This document shows, piece by piece, positions 50,278 to 60,587 of a DNA stretch of 64,000 nt. The stretch comes from Rhodospirillaceae bacterium. GTDB taxonomy: Bacteria > Pseudomonadota > Alphaproteobacteria > SHVP01. Made by a program: the position numbers and the translations under genes. Positions within the stretch are counted from its first letter, which is position 1. Each line of letters begins with the position of its first letter. The stretch lies in assembly GCA_002722055.1 (NCBI GenBank), contig PBKD01000004.1, positions 7,049-71,048 of the forward strand, written 5' to 3'. The notes under the pieces were generated by a model. That model made no database searches and was not told the DNA's origin. It was given only the letters and a program-made list of their open reading frames with translations.

Positions 50278-50628
50278 CTAAAAAAGTAAATTAATAAAAC
50301 GTTTATAGTTAATGTTATCTATATTTAATGATTCAAAATAATTTCTTAAGTTAAAATCACATATTTCTTCAGCAGGTAAATAGCTTACATCAAATCTATT
50401 TTTTTCTAAAAAAAATTTTATAATTATATTATGTTCTATAAATTCACTAGATATTTCTAATCTCTTTAATGACTCATAAATATCAGTAAATTCATCCTTT
50501 TTTAATTTCTTTAACATTAATCTTGCAGATCTTAACTTTTCCACAATACTAATACGCCATTTAATAGTTAATGAAGTAAGAACTTCAAAATCTCTTTTTT
50601 GTAAAATTATTTTTTTTTCTAAAGCCAT
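50278..50628 (-). CDS. hypothetical protein (low confidence it is real)
   Basis: Only the ORF, in an extremely AT-rich stretch. No motif recognised. Confidence 0.3.
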   Translation of the reverse strand: MALEKKIILQKRDFEVLTSLTIKWRISIVEKLRSARLMLKKLKKDEFTDIYESLKRLEISSEFIEHNIIIKFFLEKNRFDVSYLPAEEICDFNLRNYFESLNIDNINYKRFINLLF

Positions 50629-50777
50629 CCATATACAGAATAAAAGTAAATTTACATCAATATTAAATTCTTCCTGAATACTTAAACAATATTTTTCAAT
50701 TTTTTTATTGGAATATAGTTCTATAGAAAATTTTGAAAAAGATTTTTTAATAATAGTTAGAGTCCTAATTATTTTTT

Positions 50778-51527
50778 TTATGATTGATCATTTTTTTTAA
50801 TTTGTCTTTTATTTTCATACATATCTTTATCAGCCTCGGCTAACGCCTGACTTACATCTTCACTTCCAGTAATTGTATACACACCTACTGCGACGTTAAC
50901 TATCAAATTTTGATTATCAAATATAAAAGGACTATCTGTAATAGCCCTAGCTAATTCATCAGCTTTTTCTTTTGCAGAGTTTGTATCTGCCTCGTCAAGG
51001 ATTACACAAAACTCATCTCCTCCCAAACGTCCTATTTGATCAATTTCTCTAACATTATCAACCAACACTTTAGCAACATGTTTTAGTGCCTCATCACCAG
51101 CGACATGACCAAAATTATCATTAATTTTTTTCAAATCATTTACATCTATATACACAATACTACTGGGCTTACCATAACGTTCTACTCTTGCCATAGATCT
51201 TGTTAATTCTCTTACAAAAGCTCTTCTATTTTGAACTGGTAACAAGGAGTCTCTATCAGCTAACTTGGCAAGATTGGCCAGCTCATTTTTAGTTGCATCA
51301 ATCTCTTTCCTCATGGCCGCCACCTCAGCCATTAGAGACATTATTGCTTCCCTAACTTTAGGCGTTAATTCAGCTTCAGGAATACCCATAATTGAAACTT
51401 GGTCATCAACAGGATCTTTTTTGGATGTTGAATAAGCATCAGCTACCTTGCTCGAAGAGCTATTTGAAGTTCTTCGAACTCTAGTTACTTTGGAAGTTCC
51501 AACTGGACCTATAGGATTAATTTTCAT
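50778..51527 (-). CDS. diguanylate cyclase (GGDEF domain) with a short unrecognised N-terminal region
   Basis: 'RLGGDEF' A-site with an upstream RxxD I-site ('REIDQIGRLGGDEF'). The first 90 aa are Ser-rich low complexity plus a predicted helix. No REC, PAS, GAF or TM segment is evident. Confidence 0.85.
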   Translation of the reverse strand: MKINPIGPVGTSKVTRVRRTSNSSSSKVADAYSTSKKDPVDDQVSIMGIPEAELTPKVREAIMSLMAEVAAMRKEIDATKNELANLAKLADRDSLLPVQNRRAFVRELTRSMARVERYGKPSSIVYIDVNDLKKINDNFGHVAGDEALKHVAKVLVDNVREIDQIGRLGGDEFCVILDEADTNSAKEKADELARAITDSPFIFDNQNLIVNVAVGVYTITGSEDVSQALAEADKDMYENKRQIKKNDQS

Positions 51528-51723
51528 ATATAATCATAAAGTATTTTCAATAATTTAATATATTGTAACACACATAGTAGAAATATAACTATTATATATT
51601 AGTAAAAATAAAATGAATAATGTATTATTTTGAAGTTGGCAAATATAATTTAATGTCCCAGTCCTATATTGATTATATTTTTAATAGATATTTTTCTATT
51701 TTGTAATTTTTTGGGAGGTTTTA

Positions 51724-52227
51724 ATGAATAGTTTGGAAGCTAAAGTTGGTATAATTATGGGGAGCCAATCTGATTGGCCAACTATGAAATTAGCTGCTGA
51801 AATTCTTAAAAAGTTTAATATTCCTTTTGAAACCAAAATTATTTCTGCTCACAGAACGCCGGATATTATGTATGAATATGCAAAAAATTTGCAAAAAAGA
51901 GGATTGAAAGTTGTTATAGCTGGGGCCGGAGGAGCGGCTCATTTACCTGGAATGGTTGCTTCGTTAACCACAATTCCAGTTTTAGGTGTCCCTATTAAAT
52001 CTAGCACCCTAAATGGTGTTGATAGTCTTTTGTCTATTGTTCAAATGCCGAAAGGAGTGCCTGTTGGAACCTTAGCAATTGGAGATTCAGGCGCCACCAA
52101 TGCAGCACTTTTAGCTATATCTATTCTTGGTATTGAGGATAAAAATTTGAATCATTCACTTGTTGAATATAAAAATAATTTAAAAAAAGATATTGCAAAT
52201 ATACCCGACCCCACAATTTCTAACTAA
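51724..52227 (+). CDS. purE: N5-carboxyaminoimidazole ribonucleotide mutase
   Basis: '[11 protein letters not shown]' and '[12 protein letters not shown]'. Confidence 0.95.
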   Translation: MNSLEAKVGIIMGSQSDWPTMKLAAEILKKFNIPFETKIISAHRTPDIMYEYAKNLQKRGLKVVIAGAGGAAHLPGMVASLTTIPVLGVPIKSSTLNGVDSLLSIVQMPKGVPVGTLAIGDSGATNAALLAISILGIEDKNLNHSLVEYKNNLKKDIANIPDPTISN

Positions 52228-52236
52228 ATGCTTTAA

Positions 52237-53310
52237 ATGAATAAAAAAATTATTTTAGGTTCAACTATAGGGATATTAGGTGGAGGCCAACTTGGTAAAA
52301 TGTTGTGTATTGCTGCACAGAGACTTGGCTATAAAGTTCATATTTTTTCTGATAATAAAGATAACCCTGCTGTAAACATTTCAGACTATCATACTATTGG
52401 TAATTTTGATGAATTAGATAAAATTAAATCATTCGCCAAAGATTGTTCTATTATTACCTTTGAAACTGAAAATATACCTATAAATACAGTATTAACGGTT
52501 ACTAGATTTTCGGATATAGCTCCACAACTAAAATCGTTAGAAATAACTCAGGATAGAATAAAAGAAAAAAGATTCTTAAATTCTCAGAAAATTAACACTA
52601 CTAAATTTCACGAGATTTCAAATTTAGCAGATCTTAAATTAGCATCAGAATTAGTTGGGTTTCCATCAATAATTAAGACAAATAGACTAGGCTATGATGG
52701 TAAAGGTCAATTTTTAATTAAGAATCTTAAAGAACTTATTAAAGCATGGGATAAACTAAGTAATCAAGATTGTATTCTTGAAAAGAAAATTGATTTTAAA
52801 AAAGAAATCTCAGTTATTCTTGCAAGAAAAAATAATGACAACATAGAAATATATGAACCAGTAGATAATTTCCATGAGGATGGAATTCTCAGAACTAGTA
52901 AAGTTTCTTCAATAATTAATGGAGATATAAAATTAAAAGCTCAAGAAATTGGAGTAAAAATTGCAAACAATATGCAACATATCGGTGTAATTTGTATAGA
53001 AATGTTTTTGACAAAAGAAGATAAACTATTAGTAAATGAGATAGCACCTAGGGTGCATAATTCAGGTCATTGGACACTCGATGGATCAGTAACTGATCAA
53101 TTTGAACAACATATAAGGTCAATTTGCAACTTACCGCTTGGTGATACATACAGACATTCAAATATAATAATGAAAAATGTTTTAGGGGATGAGATTAAAT
53201 CAGTCGAAAAATTTTTTTCAGACCCAGCAGTAAAAGTACATTTATATGGTAAAAAAGAAATAAGAAAAAATAGAAAAATGGGCCATCTAAATTTTATTTT
53301 AAAAAAATGA
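52237..53310 (+). CDS. purK: N5-carboxyaminoimidazole ribonucleotide synthase (ATP-grasp)
   Basis: 'ILGGGQLGKML' plus an ATP-grasp core, immediately after purE. Confidence 0.9.
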   Translation: MNKKIILGSTIGILGGGQLGKMLCIAAQRLGYKVHIFSDNKDNPAVNISDYHTIGNFDELDKIKSFAKDCSIITFETENIPINTVLTVTRFSDIAPQLKSLEITQDRIKEKRFLNSQKINTTKFHEISNLADLKLASELVGFPSIIKTNRLGYDGKGQFLIKNLKELIKAWDKLSNQDCILEKKIDFKKEISVILARKNNDNIEIYEPVDNFHEDGILRTSKVSSIINGDIKLKAQEIGVKIANNMQHIGVICIEMFLTKEDKLLVNEIAPRVHNSGHWTLDGSVTDQFEQHIRSICNLPLGDTYRHSNIIMKNVLGDEIKSVEKFFSDPAVKVHLYGKKEIRKNRKMGHLNFILKK

Positions 53311-53943
53311 TTTTAAAGGGAAATTAAATTTTTTTTTAACAAAAATTGAATTCAAGCTCTTTTTAATTTTCTCTATCTGCATCACATTAGAAATTCTTCT
53401 ATCAATGAAATTTGAAACATCATCCCTATTATCGACTTCTAACCAAAATAATATAGTTGATATATATACCCCACTTAATAAAATTCGCTTTGTATAAAAA
53501 TTATAATCTAGAGATCTATCTCCAGCCAGCCTCCACATTAAATCAACTGAACTTCCTATTCTATTTACTAAACTTGACCGAGGGCCCAATAATAAATCTT
53601 TTCCAATAATTTGTGTAATTACCTGTTTTTCTTTGGCAAAAAAATCTAATCTAAGATTTAATAATATCTTGATACGTTCTCTGATTGATTTACTGTTCAA
53701 ATCTACTGCCCGCAAGTCATATTCAAGTTTTTTATCAGCTACTTTAATATAGAGATCAGTTAGATCATCAATTCCATTTGGAAAAAGCTCTTCGATTGAG
53801 TCTAGATTTCCATTTTCTTCTAAGCATAGATTCAACGAATTAGCAGACCAACCAGTAAATGGAGTGTGACCAATCAACTTATACAAAACATCAATCTCAA
53901 TTTTATCAAAATATTTTAAATATTCTTCTTCTTTTCGTTCCAA
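53299..53943 (-). CDS. COQ9-family protein ('rpsU-divergently transcribed protein' class)
   Basis: About 214 aa, helical. The C-terminal stretch resembles COQ9 ('...ISTILFWLEVDNRDD...FIDRRI'). The gene is co-oriented downstream of def and divergent from rpsU, the context that gives the TIGR02396 family its name. Confidence 0.45.
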   Translation of the reverse strand: MERKEEEYLKYFDKIEIDVLYKLIGHTPFTGWSANSLNLCLEENGNLDSIEELFPNGIDDLTDLYIKVADKKLEYDLRAVDLNSKSIRERIKILLNLRLDFFAKEKQVITQIIGKDLLLGPRSSLVNRIGSSVDLMWRLAGDRSLDYNFYTKRILLSGVYISTILFWLEVDNRDDVSNFIDRRISNVMQIEKIKKSLNSIFVKKKFNFPLKSFF

Positions 53944-53964
53944 TTTCTGACCTTTTTAATTATT

Positions 53965-54483
53965 TTAGAGATTATTATAAAACTTCATCTCAGTTTCAAA
54001 TATTAAATTTTCTAATTTATCCATCCTCTGTACATATAGTATTCCATCTAAATGATCACACTCATGCTGAACTACTCTTGAGTGTAAACCGTCTACTATT
54101 CTATCAAAAAAAATACCTTCCTCATTAAAAGCTGAATATCTGATCTTTTTATACCTTGGGACCAGTCCTCTTAAGCCAGGGACCGAAAGACATCCCTCCC
54201 AATCATAATCCATCTCAGTTCCTAGAGGCTCAATTTTTGGATTTATTAATATATTTAATGGCGCATTATTATGATTAGGGTTTTCATTTGGTGAATAAAA
54301 AATTACTAATCTTTTAGAAACATGAACTTGTGGTGCAGCCAAACCTAGCCCCTGAATATCCTCCAAAGTTTCAATCATATCCTCAACTAGATATTTAACT
54401 GAATCCGACCTTGGATCTAATATTTCTGCAGATTTTTTTCGTAAAATTGGGTGACCCATTTTAGCAATTTTTAGTATAGACAT
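53965..54483 (-). CDS. def: peptide deformylase
   Basis: 'GLAAPQV', 'EGCLSVPG' and 'HECDHLDG' metal-binding motifs. Confidence 0.9.
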   Translation of the reverse strand: MSILKIAKMGHPILRKKSAEILDPRSDSVKYLVEDMIETLEDIQGLGLAAPQVHVSKRLVIFYSPNENPNHNNAPLNILINPKIEPLGTEMDYDWEGCLSVPGLRGLVPRYKKIRYSAFNEEGIFFDRIVDGLHSRVVQHECDHLDGILYVQRMDKLENLIFETEMKFYNNL

Positions 54484-54640
54484 CCATAATCCTATAAATT
54501 TTCATTAATTTTAGATAATTTTAACAAATATTATGATATTTTACCCTATATGACTTCACATTCTATTAACTCTGTGCTATTGACCGCATCTTATAATTTA
54601 ATATAAGTATAATTTATTTTAAACCATTTAGGAGTTTTTT

Positions 54641-54841
54641 TTGCAAGTTTCAGTTAGAGATAACAATGTTGATCAAGCATTAAGAGCATTAAAGAAGAAA
54701 ATGCAACGTGAAGGTATTTTTAGGGAAATGAAACTTCGCAATTTTTACGAAAAGCCCTCAGAAAAAAAAGCTAGAGAAAAAGCAGAAGCTATAAGAAGAG
54801 TTAGAAAACTAGCAAGAAAAAAAGCACAGCGGGATTCTTAG
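54641..54841 (+). CDS. rpsU: 30S ribosomal protein S21
   Basis: '[26 protein letters not shown]' is the canonical S21. 66 aa. Confidence 0.95.
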   Translation: MQVSVRDNNVDQALRALKKKMQREGIFREMKLRNFYEKPSEKKAREKAEAIRRVRKLARKKAQRDS

Positions 54842-54846
54842 TTTTT

Positions 54847-56229
54847 TTAAATTGATTTAACTATTTTTTCAACCATTTCTTTAGCATCTCCGAAAAGCAT
54901 CATAGTATTGTCTCTATAAAATACTGAGTTATCAATTCCTGCGTATCCGGGTGATAACGATCTTTTAACAAAAAGAACAGTTTGAGATTTTTCAACATCC
55001 AAAATTGGCATTCCATATATCGGACTTTGAGGATCATTTTTAGCAGCGGGATTGGTAACATCATTTGCGCCTATTACAAAAGCAACATCTGAGTTTGAAA
55101 AATCAGAATTTATCTCGTCTAACTCAAAAACATCATCATAGTCTACACTTGATTCAGCAAGAAGAACATTCATATGACCTGGCATTCTTCCGGCAACTGG
55201 GTGAATAGCATACCTAACTTTGACTCCGGCCTCTTTTAATGCATCAGACATTTCTTTTATTACATGCTGCGCTTGAGCAACAGCTAAACCATATCCAGGA
55301 ACAATTATAACTGAACCAGCATTTGACATTATAAAAGCAGCGTCTTCTGCGCTACCAGGCTTTACTGACTTTTCACCTGTTTCATCTTTATAAATTGACT
55401 CCCCACCAAACCCTCCAAGTATTACACTAAAGAATGAACGATTCATTGCTTTACACATTATGTAGGACAATATTGCTCCAGAAGAACCTACTAGTGCTCC
55501 AGTAATAATTAGGGCTGTATTTTCAAGTGTAAAGCCAATACCTGCAGCTGCCCAACCTGAATAGGAATTCAACATTGATACTACTACTGGCATATCAGCT
55601 CCACCTATTGGCAAGATCAATAAAATACCAATAGCCAGAGATAAGGCTACTAAAATCCAAAATGCAAGTAAGTCTTGGGTAGATACAAAGTAGATTGAAA
55701 TTAAAATAATTAATACACCAAGAATTAGGTTTAGCCAGTGCTGACCAAAAAATACAACAGGGTTTCCACTAACTAAACCTTGAAGTTTAGTAAAAGCTAG
55801 AATAGATCCAGTAAATGTTATTGCTCCAACTGCTACTCCAATAGCCATCTCAATTAAACTGGCAATTTTAATATTTCCACTATTTCCTATTCCATAAGAC
55901 TCAGGAGAGTAAAGAGCAGCAGCTGCTACTAGAACTGCAGCTAAACCTACCAAACTATGAAATGCAGCAACAAGTTGAGGCATTGCTGTCATCTGGATTT
56001 TACGAGCTATAGTTGTTCCAATTATTGCACCAATTAAAAGACCAATTATAATAAGTTCAAAACTTAATATTCCTGGATTAAAGAGTGTAGTTATGACTGC
56101 AATAAGCATTCCTATGATACCAAATAAATTACCTCTTCTTGCTGAAATAGGCGACGAAAGGCCCCTTAATGCCATAATAAAGCAAACACCAGATATTAAA
56201 TAAGCGACAGCAGATATATTAACAATCAA
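54847..56229 (-). CDS. pntB: NAD(P) transhydrogenase subunit beta
   Basis: Multi-TM N-terminal half plus the C-terminal NADP(H)-binding dIII 'GYGLAVAQAQH...AGRMPGHMNVLLAE'. Confidence 0.9.
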   Translation of the reverse strand: MIVNISAVAYLISGVCFIMALRGLSSPISARRGNLFGIIGMLIAVITTLFNPGILSFELIIIGLLIGAIIGTTIARKIQMTAMPQLVAAFHSLVGLAAVLVAAAALYSPESYGIGNSGNIKIASLIEMAIGVAVGAITFTGSILAFTKLQGLVSGNPVVFFGQHWLNLILGVLIILISIYFVSTQDLLAFWILVALSLAIGILLILPIGGADMPVVVSMLNSYSGWAAAGIGFTLENTALIITGALVGSSGAILSYIMCKAMNRSFFSVILGGFGGESIYKDETGEKSVKPGSAEDAAFIMSNAGSVIIVPGYGLAVAQAQHVIKEMSDALKEAGVKVRYAIHPVAGRMPGHMNVLLAESSVDYDDVFELDEINSDFSNSDVAFVIGANDVTNPAAKNDPQSPIYGMPILDVEKSQTVLFVKRSLSPGYAGIDNSVFYRDNTMMLFGDAKEMVEKIVKSI

Positions 56230-56241
56230 AATTAAACCTAC

Positions 56242-56538
56242 CTATTTTTTTTTCTTAAACATTTCTAACATTCGTTGTGTAACTACAAAGCCTCCAAAAA
56301 TATTTATCGCTGCCAAAACAATGGCAATAAAGCCAAAAATTTTTGATAAATTCAAATCACCGGGTCCGGCAGCAATTAATGCCCCAACAATTATTACGCT
56401 TGATATCGCATTAGTTACAGACATGAGTGGGGTATGAAGAGCTGGGGTAACACTCCACACTACATAGTAACCAACAAAAATTGCTAAAACAAAAATTGAT
56501 AGTTGGAATATAAAAGGATCAATAACTAAATTTTCCAT
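56242..56538 (-). CDS. pntAB: NAD(P) transhydrogenase alpha subunit, part 2 (membrane segment)
   Basis: 98 aa, about 3 TM helices, lying between pntAA and pntB as in split-alpha transhydrogenases. Confidence 0.85.
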   Translation of the reverse strand: MENLVIDPFIFQLSIFVLAIFVGYYVVWSVTPALHTPLMSVTNAISSVIIVGALIAAGPGDLNLSKIFGFIAIVLAAINIFGGFVVTQRMLEMFKKKK

Positions 56539-56556
56539 TGTAATTCCTTAAAAATA

Positions 56557-57705
56557 TTATTTAATAGTAAAGTCATTATTCACAATTTTTCCATCTTTAG
56601 TTAGAGTAGTAGCTTTAATAATTTCGTCATCCCAATCAATGCTATCGAAATCTTTTTTATCTTTAATTAACAAATCTAAGAAATTCAAAATATTTTTAGA
56701 ATAAAGATTAGATGAATCTAAAGGTATTAGACTAGGAAAATTAGCTTTTCCTATAATTTTTACCCCGTTTACATTGCTAACTAAACCATACTCTGAGGAT
56801 TCGCAATTACCTCCCTGCTCAACCGCTAAATCAACAATTATTGAACCTGATTTCATTATCTTAACGGTTTCTTTCTTTATAAGTATGGGTGCTTTTTTAC
56901 CTGGGATAAGAGCTGTACAAATAGCAATATCACACTTAGATAAAGTTTCCTTAACAAGGTTCTCTTGTTTTTCCTGATAATCCTCACTCATTTCTTTTGC
57001 ATAACCGCCTGATGTTTCAGATTCAATTGACTCTTCAGTCTCAACCATCACAAATTTTGCACCTAAAGACTCAACTTGCTCTTTAACATTTGGCCTAACA
57101 TCTGTTGCATAAACTATAGCTCCTAATCTTTTAGCTGTAGCAATTGCTTGAAGACCTGCAACCCCTGCACCCAAAACAAAAACTTTTGCGGGAGCAACCG
57201 TACCTGCAGCAGTCATCATCATAGGCATAGCCTTACCGTACTCATTTGCTGCTTCTAAAACTGATTTATAACCTGCTAAATTAGACTGTGATGATAAAAC
57301 ATCCATACTTTGAGCTCTGGTAATTCTTGGAACAAGCTCCAGAGATATCGCAGTAATATTATTTTCAGCATATTGTTGTATTTGTTCTAAATTACTAAAG
57401 GGATCTAAGAGACCAATTAGAATACAGTTCTTCTTAAGATTACTGCATTCTGTCTCACCTTTATCCAGTTCATTTATAGGCCTTTGTACTTTAATAATTA
57501 TATCAGCATTTTTCAATTCATCTTGATTTTCAAATATAGTTGCCCCTGCGTCGTTATAAAGATCATCAGTTATTTGAGCGCCAAGACCAGCACCCTTTTC
57601 TACCATAACCTCTAAGCCAAGAGAGATTATCTTCCTTACAGTCTCTGGAGTTGCGGAAACTCTCTTTTCAAAATCTCTTTTTTCTTTTAAAACTGCTAAT
57701 TTCAT
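56557..57705 (-). CDS. pntAA: NAD(P) transhydrogenase alpha subunit, part 1 (NAD(H)-binding dI)
   Basis: Alanine dehydrogenase/PNT N- and C-domains with the Rossmann 'VLGAGVAGLQA'. Confidence 0.9.
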   Translation of the reverse strand: MKLAVLKEKRDFEKRVSATPETVRKIISLGLEVMVEKGAGLGAQITDDLYNDAGATIFENQDELKNADIIIKVQRPINELDKGETECSNLKKNCILIGLLDPFSNLEQIQQYAENNITAISLELVPRITRAQSMDVLSSQSNLAGYKSVLEAANEYGKAMPMMMTAAGTVAPAKVFVLGAGVAGLQAIATAKRLGAIVYATDVRPNVKEQVESLGAKFVMVETEESIESETSGGYAKEMSEDYQEKQENLVKETLSKCDIAICTALIPGKKAPILIKKETVKIMKSGSIIVDLAVEQGGNCESSEYGLVSNVNGVKIIGKANFPSLIPLDSSNLYSKNILNFLDLLIKDKKDFDSIDWDDEIIKATTLTKDGKIVNNDFTIK

Positions 57706-57746
57706 AATTGATAGTAGTAACTTTTAGGTTATTTTATTTGGATTTT

Positions 57747-57872
57747 TTATAATAGAAAAAAGGCTAGTAAAATCAAGAGTGCGATTACTAAAACAGAGCT
57801 CCATTGAGTTAACTTTACAAATAGACTCCATGTATCTTCTTTCTCTTCATAGTCTAAATTTTCTTCTGTCAT
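57747..57872 (-). CDS. 41-aa single-TM micro-protein resembling aa3-type cytochrome c oxidase subunit IV (PF07835-like). Not in the supplied ORF track.
   Basis: My own translation of the minus strand gives MTEENLDYEEKEDTWSLFVKLTQWSSVLVIALLILLAFFLL*. An acidic head plus 'W..F.KLT.W' plus a TM helix matches the small CoxIV family that often sits next to pntA in alphaproteobacteria. Coordinates +/-1. Confidence 0.45.
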   Translation of the reverse strand: MTEENLDYEEKEDTWSLFVKLTQWSSVLVIALLILLAFFLL

Positions 57873-57906
57873 CATTTTCTCCGTACAAAGAATAAAAAAA
57901 CCTATT

Positions 57907-59688
57907 TTATGCTTCTACATCTATATTTACTAATTCGTCAATCAAATTTTCAATTACTTCAAGCCCTTTATACCAAAAATCTTGGTTTGAGGCATCTAAA
58001 TTAAACACCCTAATCAAGTCTTTATAATTTTTTGACCCTCCCGCTTTTAGGAGGTCCAAATATTTACTTTCAAAATCTTCAAAATTATTTTGATATACCT
58101 TAAATAGAGAGTTTACTAAACTATCACCAAATGCATAAGAATATACATAAAATGGACTATGAAAAAAATGCGAAACGTAACACCAATAATTTCTATATTC
58201 TGGACCTAATTCAAATGCATCACCCAAGCTTTCTTTTTGGGTTTTAAGCCATAATTCATTTATTTCACTTTTATTAAGCTCTGACTCTCTACGCCTATTG
58301 TGTATTCTTTTTTCAAAATCATAAAATGAAATTTGCCTTATTACTGTATTAATCATTTCTTCTATTTTATTTGAAAGTATTTGTTTTTTTTCATTTATAC
58401 TCGAGCATGATTTTAATAAAGATTGAAATACCAATTGTTCACCAAAAACTGATGCAGTTTCAGCCAGAATCAAAGGTGTATCAGATAAAAGCAATCCTTG
58501 TTCTGAGGCTAGAACTTGATGAACACCATGACCGAGTTCATGAGCAAGAGTCATAACATCATTATTCCTTCCATAAAAATTCATCAATATATATGGATGT
58601 AATTTTGGAATAGTTTGATGTGAAAAGGCGCCAGAGGTTTTACCTTTTCTTGGAAGTGCATCTATCCACTCATTTTGAAAAAATAGATTAGCAATTTCTC
58701 CTAACTTTGGAGAGAAGTCAAAGAAAGCTGATAATACAAATTCTTTAGCATCTTTCCATTTCCATTTAGTATCTTCTGCAAAGTTTAAAGGAGCATTTCT
58801 ATCCCAAAAATTCAACTTCTCGAAACCTAATAGTTCTCTTTTTAAATTATAATACCTATGAGATATTCGAGGATAAAACTCTTTCACCGATGTAAATAAT
58901 GAATCAACAATTTCAGGTTCAATAAAATTTGAGATATGCCTCGAACTGTCAACATTGGTAAAACCCCTCCACCTATCTTCAATTTCTTTATCTTTAACTA
59001 TTGTATTTAAAATAAAAGCTAATAGATCTTCTTTTTTATTAAATTCGTTTGAGAGAGATAAACCAAATTGTTTTCTAAGTTCTCTTTTTGAACTACTAGA
59101 CATTAAGTCTAATGCCCTATCTAAACTATATTTTTCACTATCTACTGTAACAAATATTGAGGCAATAGTTTCATCGAAAAGTCTAATCCATGAATTTTTA
59201 CCTGTAGATTTTTTTTCAATTAAAAGTTTTTCTAAATCTTCTTTTAATTGAAATTTCTTCATACTTCTTATATTATTAATCCATTCAATATACCTTGAGA
59301 TATTCTCAATTTTTGAAATTTCTATTATTGTACTTGAAGTTAATTTATTTATTTCTAAGGTAAAAAACATAATATTTGCAGAATATTTATCTAGTTTTTC
59401 TCTGAGATAGTGCCCTTTGTTAGAGACCTCAATATCTAATAAATTCTCAGAAGTAATAAGATCTACAAAACTGTATATCTTCTCTATTTTTTCTTTAATT
59501 TTTTCATATTCTAAAATAGATATATATAATTTATCTAAGCTTAATAATAATAATTTATCTTTATATTTTTTGTTAAAAAAAATTATTTCATTATCTATCT
59601 CTTCTAATTCTATAGAAATTTTTTCTGACTTTATAGAGTCATATAAATCAGATAAATCCCAAGAAGGTATTTTCTTAATTTCATTCAT
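57907..59688 (-). CDS. pepF: oligoendopeptidase F (M3B family)
   Basis: Zinc site 'HELGHGVH' with a downstream Glu. 593 aa. Confidence 0.85.
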   Translation of the reverse strand: MNEIKKIPSWDLSDLYDSIKSEKISIELEEIDNEIIFFNKKYKDKLLLLSLDKLYISILEYEKIKEKIEKIYSFVDLITSENLLDIEVSNKGHYLREKLDKYSANIMFFTLEINKLTSSTIIEISKIENISRYIEWINNIRSMKKFQLKEDLEKLLIEKKSTGKNSWIRLFDETIASIFVTVDSEKYSLDRALDLMSSSSKRELRKQFGLSLSNEFNKKEDLLAFILNTIVKDKEIEDRWRGFTNVDSSRHISNFIEPEIVDSLFTSVKEFYPRISHRYYNLKRELLGFEKLNFWDRNAPLNFAEDTKWKWKDAKEFVLSAFFDFSPKLGEIANLFFQNEWIDALPRKGKTSGAFSHQTIPKLHPYILMNFYGRNNDVMTLAHELGHGVHQVLASEQGLLLSDTPLILAETASVFGEQLVFQSLLKSCSSINEKKQILSNKIEEMINTVIRQISFYDFEKRIHNRRRESELNKSEINELWLKTQKESLGDAFELGPEYRNYWCYVSHFFHSPFYVYSYAFGDSLVNSLFKVYQNNFEDFESKYLDLLKAGGSKNYKDLIRVFNLDASNQDFWYKGLEVIENLIDELVNIDVEA

Positions 59689-60133
59689 TAACTTTATACA
59701 AAAAATTTATACTAGCATTAGCTATGGGTTTATACTCATGGTCATTCCAAGCCTTAACATCTACATTAACAACTCGTTTACCATCTTTGATAATAATTGC
59801 TCTAGCAAAAGTATCAACGTTTCTTCCCTTTCTTAAAAAATTAACTGATATATCAATAATACTAGGGATATAATCTAAATTTTTTTGCCACAGAATATGG
59901 TACTGTGCTGTATTTTGCAATAACGCAACTATGGCACCTCCGTGCAAAACATTATTAACTGGATTTCCAATAAGATTTTCAGAGAATCTAAGTTTTGCGT
60001 AAAAGTTATTTTGTTCTAACATAAAAATTATGCCTGTTCTTTTAGTATAGGGTATACATGATGAAATGATAGATGGATCAAAATTTTCTTTGGCTTTAGA
60101 GATTATCTTTTTTAGGCTACATTCTATATTCAT
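59681..60133 (-). CDS. PaaI/YbdB-type hot-dog thioesterase
   Basis: 'NVLHGGAIVALLQNTA' is the PaaI-family motif. Confidence 0.7.
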   Translation of the reverse strand: MNIECSLKKIISKAKENFDPSIISSCIPYTKRTGIIFMLEQNNFYAKLRFSENLIGNPVNNVLHGGAIVALLQNTAQYHILWQKNLDYIPSIIDISVNFLRKGRNVDTFARAIIIKDGKRVVNVDVKAWNDHEYKPIANASINFLYKVNE

Positions 60134-60143
60134 TATACTTAAA

Positions 60144-60587
60144 TTATTCTGTTGATTTTAAAGGTTTAAATAAAAATGTTGCATTTGCGTTAGCAATTAC
60201 TTTTTTATCTGATTGAAAGACTTTAACAAAAGAATATGCATTGTCTTTACTTAATTTAATACAATCAGCTCTAAAGTATATATATTTATTTAGACTCTTT
60301 GTAGATAAATGACTAATTTTTAAACTTAACGTCACCGCAGGCCTATACTCTCCAACCCTATTTAGAATAGCTAGATACGCAGCCGTATCAATTGCACCAT
60401 ACATAAAGCTATTATTAATTTCGTCATCATTACAGCCCTCTAGATTCCATTTATTTATATTGGACTTTAATATTACATTATTTGAAGATATTCTATAAAC
60501 AGTAATCTCAATAAATTTAGCATATGGTATAGCAGCAAGAAATTTATTGAGATTTTTCTCATCTAAAATATTTCTAGAAATTTTCAT
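60144..60587 (-). CDS. hot-dog fold thioesterase (PaaI-like, second copy)
   Basis: 'MYGAIDTAAYLAILN' in a protein of about 147 aa. Tandem with the previous gene. Confidence 0.55.
   Translation of the reverse strand: MKISRNILDEKNLNKFLAAIPYAKFIEITVYRISSNNVILKSNINKWNLEGCNDDEINNSFMYGAIDTAAYLAILNRVGEYRPAVTLSLKISHLSTKSLNKYIYFRADCIKLSKDNAYSFVKVFQSDKKVIANANATFLFKPLKSTE

Noticed and set aside
50778-51527. Possible FlgM-like (anti-sigma-28) character of the GGDEF N-terminus
   Set aside because: It is only a vague pattern resemblance. No flagellar genes are present, so I did not assert it.
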